A DNA stretch of 64,000 bases from Euglena gracilis (Eukaryota). The stretch covers positions 31,024,012-31,088,011 of the forward strand of contig CP154954.1 in assembly GCA_039621445.1 (NCBI GenBank), in the 5' to 3' direction. Made by a program: the position numbers and the translations under genes. Below the pieces are notes generated by a model that had not been told where the DNA came from, made no database searches, and worked only from the letters and a program-made list of their open reading frames with translations. The first letter of the stretch is position 1. Every line of letters begins with the position of its first letter. Of this stretch, positions 25,321 to 36,601 are shown in pieces.

Positions 25321-28300
25321 CCACGCCGACAAATTTCTACGGGAAAAAGGTCAGAATGACCAAAAATTCCAACTATCCGTAGTGATAGAAAGCGGTGGTC
25401 AACATCGCAAACCACAAGAACTTATGTACAACGATCAATCGCGAATTGAGTGATGTTCTAGAACATCCTATCGATGCGCATGACATAGATCCTGCAAATC
25501 GCGGACCTTTTGGTGTCTGTAAAATCGAACTCAAAGAAGGTGAACAGCCCATGCACCGGAAATTATTCGATTTTCAGGCGGAAGAGAACAGGCTCTCCAT
25601 ACAATGATCGAAAAACTGCTTGAACGCAAATGGATCATACCACCCAAAAGGGAGTGGACCTCACAAGCTTTTGTGGTACCCAAGCCTCCCGATGCTTCTG
25701 GACAGAAGAGGTGGAGACTTGTGCTGGATTACCGATAGTTGAACTCACAGACAAAGGACGATCCATTTCCGTTACCGCTCATCAGGGACTTAATTAAAAA
25801 ACAGCCTAAAACCGACTCTGGTCTATTTTCGACTTAGAGGACGCTTTTCACCAGATTCACTTACACACTGACTCACAACCATACACCGCATTCGTCACCT
25901 CCCGCGGAGTTTACCAATGGACGGTGTTACCAATGGGTGTAAAGAATGGCCCAGCCATGTTCCAAAGAATGATACAATGGATTATACGAAACTTACCGTT
26001 TGCAATGGTATACATTGATTATGATGTGCTGATAGCCACACACCCTCCAATTACAAATTTGGGTTGCGGTATCCTTGATATCCACTAACGCGATGAGCGA
26101 TCAGTACTGACAACGTTTCAAAAACATTTGCTGTTCGTCAAAGGTGTGAAAATGTATTTTTTTTACTGAAACGATCAAATTTTGTGGACGTTGTTAAGAG
26201 AAAGGAGAGCATCTCAAAGCAAACTTAAAGCCAAAAAAGAAGTGGACACCTGAAAACATCAAAACAATCACACGTTTAAATGGATTGTTTGGTTTATGGC
26301 AGTAGTACGCGATTTCATTGAAGTATTTCGCGAAAAAAGCGTTACCACTGACGCGACAACTCAAAAAACGCGCTCCTGACACTACAAAGATACAATGGGA
26401 TGATACAATGCCAGAATCGCCAACGAAAATTAAACAACTGATGTTGGAAAACGTTGTACTTGACATTGCTGACCCGTACAAACCTTATTTCCTGGAAGTC
26501 GACAGCAGTGACTGTGCTGTCGGCGGTGTGTTGAGTCAACATAACTCGTCCAATGAACTGCGCCCTGTAGCATTCTTGAGCAGAAAGCTACAAGGTGAGG
26601 ACGGAAAAGGACAAGTCAAATAGAGCATACGAGAAAAGGAGACGTATTCCATTGTCCTTTTCCTACAAAAATTTCGAAGTTGCGTCTCCAGTTCACTCGT
26701 ACAAATACTTGTATTGACAGACCATGAGTCTCTCCAACATTGGTACACCGAAGACTTGAACAAAGAGATGTCCACAGTTTGCCGAAGATGCCGTTTGCAC
26801 GACTTTTTTTAGTCAATTCAACTTGGTGGTAGTTTACGCACCAAATCATAGTCAAAATATCGCAGACAGATTTTCCTGTGCACCCTGGCATTACCCTGGC
26901 AAACCTGGCGAGGGTGATGCCACGTTCCACGGAGGTCCCGAAACCGTCAATTTCACAAAGCGCGCAGACGTCGCTGACAACTTACTTGAAAAATTTCCTG
27001 TTTCGCATATTTGGCGGCGGATGCTGATCACCTCCATACGGGGAGAACGGCAACGCGGCAGAAAGCCGGGCCCCCGCGGCGTTGCGCCATCAGAATCCCC
27101 ATCCCCTCTCTTTATTCGCGAATGGGATTATTCCAAGGATGATTTTTACAATGGTATCGTACAAAGACCGCGTAATGGGAAATTGGTTGAGAATTGTACC
27201 TTATCGCCTTTACCTTTTGTTTTCCGAAATTATACTGGCTACAAATACTGCATACCCTGTGACTTGGTTGATGATGTACTTTTATGTTATCACAACCAAG
27301 GTCACCCTGGGCCCCCAAACTTCTTTCTTTGGTGGGTAGCAGGTACTGTACAACTCTGACCGAAAAAGAATTGTACAAGCACTGTTTACAAATTTCGCAA
27401 CGGTGCCAAATTTTTCAGGCTGTCAAACGCGCACAGGAACCCCCCCTGGTACGATGGACTTCTTCCCCGTACCAAATGACATTTTTACTTCCCTTAGCCT
27501 GGATTTTGTGGAGTTAGAACCTGGCAAAGGAACAGATGAAAAATTGGATTACGTTCTTGTTATCTTCTATCGGCTGAGTGGGTACATCGTAGCCATTCCA
27601 TGCCAGAAAGCAGCGTTGACAGCACAAGTTTTGGCACAAATGTTTTTAGAAAGATGCATTTGCCTCACTGGTTTACCCAATGAAATCGTGGTTCATCAAG
27701 GCCATTTGAGTTCTTCCCGAATTTTAACCACTATTTCTGGTTTACTCGGAATTGAGCAGCATTTTCTATCATTTACCGTTCCAAAGGTAATTTTCGCGCT
27801 GAAGCAGCAGTGAAAGCTGTAGCTAATACGCTACGAGTTTTACTGGCCGAATCGCACAACGCCTGGCTACAAGTAATACCCTGGTGTTTATTTTACATCA
27901 ACACTTTACTGGGTCTGATATTACAATACTTACCATACAAAATCGTCTTCAGACGAGACCCTCCAGCCATTGGCGACATACCGTAAGAACAACCCGCTCG
28001 TTTTAGTGTGAGCTGTGAAACATGGTTCTCTGAAGTGGAATCACTGCACACGGATGTGCAAAATCGCGCAGCCGCTGTACACTCACAAAAACAACGAAAA
28101 TTCTTACAGCATTCCAATTCACCGATATACAACCCAGGTGACCGCGTGTGGGTTCGGAATAGTAGAACCTGCATGCAATCCACGAAGTTGGACCCCCTCT
28201 GGATCGGACCATGTGATATCCTCGATCAGTTGGGTACAAGCGCTAGAAAGTCGCTGTACCCAATGGTGTTGAGGATGTGCACACGGATGACTTCAAACCA

Positions 28301-28876
28301 AACCTGATTCCACCAAATGGTAAAGCAACACCCTGCCTCTACTTCAAACCACGGTCAAAACTGCCTAAAACAGATGATTCTGTCGTTGACATAAATCACA
28401 ACCACAGGGATGGACATTACTGGAAGGTGCAGTGGAAAGGGTATGGTCCCGAATAGGACACATGAGAACCAGCAAATAGTTTTGTTGGTTATATCCAACA
28501 AGATTGGAAACTATAGAACAACTGAAACAACATAAACATTTCTGTAAATACCTGCTAAGGGACAATCTACAAAATGTCCAAGATTTTGTCCATTGTATGG
28601 AATTTTGACAAAATGTATGATGGGCGGACGTCAAAATGTATAACGGGCGGATGCCAGATCATTTGTCCCAAGCGAAGGACTTTCTGCTAAAGGACTACGG
28701 TCCTATACAACACACTTTTACACTTGGAGCTACAATTTTCATTTCCCACTGGTTGCAGACATATAAATATTTGTGTGTGTACACATTTGGTTGCACGCGT
28801 ACAATGTTTTCGTACAACGTCTCATTTCTCTACTTCCCCACAGCTTAGTGCTGGATTCTATCTGCTTTCTCTCAAG

Positions 28877-30155
28877 ATGGATTCTGGAGGAAGGGGACCT
28901 GGTCCCCCATCATCCCTACCGTATGTTCCCCCAGGACAACCTCCTACAGGAGGAACCCCTCACTCACAACCTCCTTTTGGAGGAAGAGCACTTGCACTCC
29001 CTCGTGGAGGGCAAGTCCCCGTTCGGCATGTACAAGCTGCTTCGGCAGCAAAGCCCGCAGTGGCAGCCCCTCATATACAAGCTGCTTCGGCAGCAAGACC
29101 CGTAGCGGCAAATCTCACTCTGACACAACATGCGGTCTCACGTGTTGCTCCAGAGCAACCTACACTTGGTGGCTTAAAATCTCAACCTACGATTCCACAA
29201 AAAAAAAGGAATCTGCATACGAACAGTTTGCGGTGCCGCAGCCGCGGCCCCCGAGAAGATACGATACGGCTACCAGTAGCCATCACGCTGCTTTTGCGAC
29301 AGTAGAACAACAGTATGTCGAATATGTACAACGACAATAGACCGAACAACTTCGTAGTCAATTCCACCAGACTAAAACTCCACAAAGGCAGTATGCCACT
29401 GAACAACTTCCACAAGGGCAGTACGCCGCACAACCGGGACCTCAAAGGCAGTACGCCACTCCTGTGATGCCTCGGTTCCCCAAGCACATGGGTGAACTGA
29501 TAACGGCCTCCACATATACAATTTGCAACGCTCTGCGCATGAGCGCAGAGGACAGACCGGCTCCATTCATCCGAGTGATGTGGGATTCGTACTGCCGAAA
29601 TTTGCCTGCAATCGTCAAAAAACCTATCACAACCTGGGACATGTGGTCCCAGAGTACGATAGCGGGTAGAATATTCTTCCAACCCGGAGAATCCGGATTT
29701 CCAGAAAACGTAACCCTCAGGGACCTGGGAGTCCTGGTCCTGCCTGTGCTGCGCGGAGTGCATCCTGTGGGTGCTTACGCGGAACACGTGCGTCGTTATA
29801 CCCCCGGCCTCACAGAAAGTGAGATGGGTGACGTTCAAATGCTAGAACCAATATACCTACCATAAAAACGCCCCCACGCATGCTGCCTGTCCGGAACTGG
29901 GAGGCTGGTGTGCAATCACAATACGTCACTGAGGCCGAAGAGCCATACGACGACAAATATGCTGACGAAATGGCCGAAGATCCTTATGACGAGTATACAA
30001 CGGCAGAACGTGAGCCGGAGTATACAACGGAAACAGACGAACAACCTCACCCACAACCTGTACAACCTCAACCACAACCACCGACAACCCCCTACGTACC
30101 GCTGCCGGAACCGACAGGGATACGGGTTGTCGGAGAAAACCCCCTGCGTCCATAG
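28877..30155 (+). pseudogene. G2 ORF3
   Basis: Pyrimidine tract-AAG-ATG at 28877; LRMSA..MWDSYCR..W..GFPENVTLRDLGVLVLP..PVGAYAEHVRRYTPGL. Confidence 0.8.
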
Positions 30156-30543
30156 AGGACTACATTCACTGTGAACGAGTGCCACAATCTTTGGTTTTCG
30201 CTCACAGAACAAAAGGCGAACCATACCGTTGTGTAGCAGGCATGTCCCAGCTCTGTGGGATATCTGCAGAGTGGGTTCTGTGACGGTCGCACCTCTGTGG
30301 AAACCACAGCAGGTAAGATCGTGGCAGACCCTTCTGGGATCTCCCCCTGGACACGTCAGCACTTTTCTCTCCTTCCCCCACAGGTGGTATTCTTCACTGT
30401 CATCAATTCCAAGTTGACCATTGGTTTTGTCAGAAGGAAAAACCTTCAGAACAATCGAACTTGACTCCAGAAGAAACTTCTGAAGTCTTTGTCTTGTGCT
30501 TTGTCTGTTGGGGAATTGGGAACAAAAGTGGAAAACCACTTTT

Positions 30544-30654
30544 TGTTACTCCAAAGACTTTTCCCTACCATAAGTAGGCTGCACACCAAGGTGGAAGCGA
30601 AGGGCTTTTTCAGAAAGTCCCAAAAAGGGGAAAAGGGAAAGCTTTGGACGTACA
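30544..30654 (+). repeat. Putative 111-bp hairpin LTR between the G2 3' end and the G3 5' end, followed by PBS TGGTAGCAGA (30657-30666)
   Basis: TGTTACTCCAAAG...CTTTGGACGTACA; the two ends pair. Confidence 0.72.
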
Positions 30655-33600
30655 CTTGGTAGCAGATTTAGGCAACGAACCTACACAGACGTTCCACACA
30701 GAGAACCTCTGTGGTTGACTGGTGGTGAGGATCGTACTGAGCCGTGAAACACGGTGAAAGCACTGTTCTTGACCCCTAGCCAACCTTTAAGCAAGGACAC
30801 AGGTCTCAGAAGGCTCTGTTCGGTATTCGCCGATACAACCTTTCTGGTCCCTGTTTCACTGCTTATTTGTGTGAATTTTTGGGTTTTTGCCTTTTTACCC
30901 ATCTCAAAAGATGCGGAGCACAACCCCCAACCACAAATTTGATTATGACTTGTTGATGAGTTCATTGACCAATATTGATGAAGATTGCGGGGATTGGAAC
31001 GGTTCGAATGAAACAAGTTCAAATTCCCGACTCCCCAAGCAACAAGAAGACACATTGCATCAATTGTCATTGTCACAAGGCGAAACGCCTTTATTGTTGC
31101 AAGGGGGCAATGAGCCTTCCTCATCATCATTGTTATTGATTGTGCGGGATGTGGGTGGCAACATGCCTTCCTCCATCCCGGTGCAGCCATCATTGATGCA
31201 GCGAGGGGATGAACCCCTTGCACCCTTACACTTGGATACTCATGTTACCCATGAACAGAGTGAGATGTATTTTCCCTTTGCTATGTGTACACCCAAAAGA
31301 TCCCCGGCGGAAGCACCGGTGGGCCTTTTGGAGTGCAACTCGGTGGAAGCACCGTGTTTTTTCCAACCCCTCCCACTCAATTACCAGCCCCCACACCATT
31401 TCGCGCATTGCCGGGATTACCCGCGGAAACTGCGGTTTTCCCTGCATTGCCGTGGAACCTGGATATGCGTCTGGTGGTGCCGGAAATCTCTGGTGCCGTT
31501 TCCGTTGTGGAGGATTATGGTGATGATTTGGGGGATAACCTCACCCCGGGTGATGTTTACCGAATTCTCGGTCAACTCCCAGCGGATCACCCGCTGAGCA
31601 AGCAAATTTTGCATGTCCACCAATGTGTTGCGGAATGCGCAACCATGCTCAACAAAGTTTTGCAGTTTGATGAGGACAATCAAAGGGTTGTCAACACCAA
31701 ACTGGAATATTGCTGGAATTATTTGCAGGAAATCGGCAAATATTGCCAACACAATTTTGAAAATGCGGGGAAAGACCTTCCGCGTTTTCGGGAAAGTGTT
31801 GACAGTATTTTGCGCATCCAACTCCCACAAAATTTCCAACGAATCACTGAAACCCTGCATGAAGCGGAAACACGGAATGATTCCAAGTTTCTGCATGTGC
31901 AAGATGGTATGAGCCATCTTTTTGGCAAAGTGGAATCATGTTCAACCATGCTACTGCAATTGCAGCAACAGTTACAAGCGCAAAATGCCACCCCCAAAAT
32001 GCCGGAAATCAGTAATTTTGTTGCGGTGGAGCATTTTGCCGCACTCACCACTTCTTTCCAAGAAGCCCAACATCTTTCTCGGAAATCGAGCATTTGAAGC
32101 AATTTCAGGCGAAAGTGAAAGAAAATTTTGTTCCCCGTACGCAAATCCAGCTTTTGGAGGAGCGAATTTCACATTTGTAGCCATTGTGCCGCAAACCAGG
32201 ATGGATTACCCTCCTTGAACGCGAAAATCGCGGATTGCGCAAAACGGTTGGATTTCGCGCAACAACAAATGCAAACGGACATTGGCGGTATTAATGTCAC
32301 CGTTGTCGGTTTGCAGGAGCATGTTTCCGCACTTTCCAAGCGAATTCCTGACATTAGCGGTATTCAAGCCGCTATTGGGGAATTACAAACCCGTTGCACC
32401 TTGTTGTCCACCACAGTAGCGCAAATTTGCTCAATTCCCAATGTTTCGCGCGCTCGGATATCCGAGTCACCGGAATTTCGCTCATTTTATAACAAAATGC
32501 TTGGTGACAACAAGGAAACCTTGCAAGCGTTTTGCACGAGTTTGATTCAACCTGAGGAATCTGTGAATCGGAATGCCCGATCCATGCAAGATGAGGTTTC
32601 ACGGTTGGATGGACGAATTTCTGCGTTGTTGGAAAAGCCAACCGCGGAAAATTCGCGCACCACCGCGGAAACTCCATTCAATTCACCCCACCAATTGCAA
32701 ATTGTCTCAAGTGCAGTAAAAGCGCTTGCGGGTCAACTCCGGAAGGTGGAGGAGTCCCAACGACAACTTGTCCAAGAACTACACTTGGTTTCTGAAAAGT
32801 TACCACACTTGGAAGATTTTTCCCGTTACTGCAAACGCATTAGGCATTTGGAGACTGAGGTTGACTGTATTTGCGGCCAACTCCAGTTGGTGGAACATTT
32901 GGAAGATACGGTGCATGACCTGTCCGCGAGTTTGGATAAAATGTCCGCTCCGGTACCGTTTGTGCCACCACCCACCGCGGTAAGCGCTGCAGTAGGTATT
33001 CCAAATGTCCCGGAATCGCGTCCTCAAATTACGGTTTCTGCAGTAGGAATCCCTACATCCACCGCGAATTTGGTACAACCACCCGCGAAAACGCGAATAG
33101 TACCACTTTTGCATTTGCCCACACCACAAACCCACTTTTCACAGGACATTTCCGATGGGGAAATTGGTCCACCGCTCGAAAATTCGAGTCTCCACCAAGA
33201 AATTCAACATTCCAACCTTGTACGAGGAATGAGCCAACACCCCACACCTGGTATTAGTCATGTGTCGCTTTCGCGATCATACCAACGGGTTCTGGATTAC
33301 CAGATCACCCATCGGGTTTTCAGCGGGAAACCCGCCCCACCGGGAGAATTTCACCGCATTTTTCGCAATTCCCGCAGGAAAATCCTGCTACCCCTACACT
33401 TGGTGCGGGAAATCCTGCACGGGGTACACGTGGAGCGGAAAATCCGCGAAACGCGTTTGGTGTTAAGATTTACCCGGACCAAAACCCCTGGAATACGACC
33501 GAGGGTCAACGGGTTACTCAGAGAGACTTCAAGGGCACCATCGTAATCGCGAACAATGTGAAGCCACAATGGGACAGGGATCCAACCACATGGAGACAAT

Positions 33601-36600
33601 TTTTTCGGGACCCACCCAAGACCGGAATCCCGAGGTAGTCAAGATGGAATTCATCGATTGCCCACCGAGGGAGGAGCGAGAACGCGCACGCAATTTGGTG
33701 ATACGTAATCATACTCGAGTCTGGTCACCAGGATTACCCTGGAGAAGAAATGGCGACAATGCGCGCCATCGGATCGCAAATGGAAATACATTGACCTTTG
33801 GTATGCCAAATGGTTAGCACTTGCTTCCGAAGATGATGAACTTAGCGAGAAGCAAATGCGCGAACAATTCGATGCGGTTTTGTTGCATTTCACACCATCC
33901 CTCGTGAAGGATATCCATCGCGAGGAGTCGGCAGGGCATGAGATGACTCTTGCCCAACGTTGGAATTATGTGTCAAAGCATCATAAGCTCACACAAGTTT
34001 TGGGACAAATACAGTCCTCTTTTCAAACGCATCCCACCGCGGGAATCCCTGCGGGTGCGGTTAATGCGTTGCAAAAATCACCCATGTCACCGAGATCACC
34101 CACCACGGACGGAAAACGCGGAATCAGCGTTCTTCGGACCAAGGCACGGATAAACTGTGCTTTTTGTGCAACAAATCTGGTCACATGTCTCGGGAATGCC
34201 CGAATCCCGATGCACGAAAGCGTACTAGAAGCCCAAGGGGCTCGACCTCCTCACGGGGATCGGGTTCCTCGTCGTTTTCATGTCAATTGGGAGTTTCATG
34301 GTCTTAGGAGAACCGCTTTAGCGGTAGTAGGCCCAAGTCACCATCGCGTGATGGTCGGGAAAACCGCCCCCCTCGCGGTCGGTCACCTGGTCCCTCTACC
34401 CGAAAACGGCATTTCAATCGCGACTCTTCACGATCTCGTTCGCGAGGTGGATCATCCTCTTCGCGCGAGTCATCGGGGAAACCCTGGTACACCGGTCATG
34501 GTCGACGGGAAACCCGTTCACCACGACGGTTTGATGGAAGAACGGAATACCGTTCCCCCTGTTATGCGGAATCCCGCCACAAAAGCCGTTGTTCACTTTG
34601 CGGTTCCAAAGACCATCACTCACCCAAATGTGCCAGATCTCGTTCCCCCCGGCCCGGCTACGGAAATCGCGGTAAGCGCCGCGAGGACCGTGGTAACTCC
34701 TCCATCCGGCAAAAAGTTGGTTTCAAGATTTCTTGTTTGGAGGAGGACACCCCAGCTTCGGGCAGGGAGGGGGATGAGACCTCGGATGGGGAATTTAATG
34801 AGGCCCGAATGGCGGTGCGCTCATTGAATTCCATCTATTCCACCAAAAAGTCCGTTGCCTGCTATGCGGCCGGTTCGGTTTTGGAGTAGGGGAGCCCGAG
34901 GTTCGAGGGCACGGACCTCTGGGCTGATGAACAGATGGAGGTAAAACCTGATCAACCTTGCCCCCCCTGCCCATCCGCCTTCACGGTCAGTACCCGGAAT
35001 TATTTCGGGTCCCCTACCACCCACTCCACATTTCCGCTCGGAATGCTGAGCAAAGTAGGAAAGGGTTCATGGGAAAGCTGGCATGCAAAAGTATTTCCGC
35101 CATACCCTTCACTTTGCGTACCACCAATGGAATCACTCGTCCAAGGGGAAATCCGCATTCAAAATTTTTCCACCAAAGTTAAAATTTGAATTGACACTGG
35201 TTGTCGCATTGCACTGCTTTTTTGGTTGGGGTTGATACCGACCCCTCTCTTGGTAAGCGCCAAGAAACCGATCAAAGTTACAACCGCGGATAACACCCCC
35301 ATGTGCGGTGGTGATTTGGGATGTGTGCTCGAGATACTCTTGCCCATCTTTCCGAAGCATCTCTCACACCCCCCACAATTACAACATTTCACCAATATTT
35401 GGGGTTACGAGTCCGGAATTCACGGGTCTGACGTAATTCTGGGATACCCATGTTTACACCAGTACCGATTGGTTGTGGATTGCCACTCCCACGGTTTGCG
35501 CACAGCACCCACCACCGCATTGCCACCCAAACCACCATTACCATTGGCATCCACTATGACGACCACCACTTTTCCAACACCGTTATCCACCACACCAACA
35601 ACCGTTTTCCACACCCGGGGTACGGAGAAAGCCTCCCGCCTACCCAATGAGACACCTACATGCGTTCCACATGGGGTAGGGCAAGCAAGTAGCGGTACCC
35701 CCGCCGTTTCACTGGGTTACAAGACGAAAGCCCAAAGGCCTGCAGTACGTACGGTGTCGAGTAGTCGCCCAGCTACACCACCACTCTGTTACCCACCAGT
35801 TGTGCCGAATCCAGGCACACCTGTACAAGACTCACCGGCTAATGCCACCGACACCCACTTACCCGCACACCCGTCACACCATCACACTTCCTTCCAATGT
35901 GTGCACTGCAGGAGAATTTCCACCCAAATCGGATTTCGATTGTGGATGTTTAGGTAAAAATCCGACACTAATCGCTGTTCCGAAAACGGAATCCACACCC
36001 AAGGATACACTTGGTTGTAGCCCGCAATGCGCGGAGATACACCGAGTAATCCAACAACGCGGATTAGCCTCGTTGTTTGGAAACGCGAAAAGCGTCATTC
36101 CTAAATACCATCCTGATCACACTTGGTATGGATTTGATGCGGAATGAGGAAAACCCCATACTGTCCAAACTACCTTGGTATTAACTCTTGAGGTAGTGGA
36201 AGACAGCCCGCATGTTTGTGGATCCATTCATTGTGTTTCTTCACTCCAACCCGGAAATCGGGTGCATGAATACACGAAACGCGTATGGAATGCTTTCAAT
36301 TTTGGTCAATAACGCATATTGGAACGATGGTTTTCCAAATTCGCGACATTTGCTGATTCCTTTGAATTGGCATTAGGAATCGATTCCTTTTCATCCAATG
36401 CACATGCCCGCTTGCCACGTTATTGGTCTCAACACTCCAACGCATTTGATAAATTTATCGGATGAGTGGTTGAGAAAATTCTGCGGGGTGAAGCCCGTGG
36501 AGTTATTCTCATACCTATCATTCCGGAAGCGGAATGGTTCACCCAACTATCGTATGTGTGTTTTCATTGGTGGGATTTACCCACTAATGAACCGATTATT

Positions 36601-36601
36601 G
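30544..36601 (+). mobile_element. G3: 5' half of a Gypsy element (gag, protease, Dam-like MT), truncated at 36601
   Basis: Gag ORFs 31285-32097 and 32128-33546 are homologous to G1/G2; CFLCNKSGHMSREC ~34157; IDTGC ~35190; MT GIDSFSSNAHARLPRYWSQHSNAFDKF..KILRGEARGVILIP..EAEWF..WWDLP 36370-36600. Confidence 0.92.

Larger units (their letters stand above)
18840..30543 (+). mobile_element. G2: 5'-truncated Gypsy chromovirus, gag-PR-MT-RT-RH-IN-CHD-ORF3
   Basis: Zinc knuckle CFLCNKSGHTRREC (22693-22734), protease LVDTGC (~23645), MT 24870-25320, RT ~25470-26200, RNaseH 26318-26800, integrase 27280-28300, chromodomain ~28380-28520. Confidence 0.93.
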
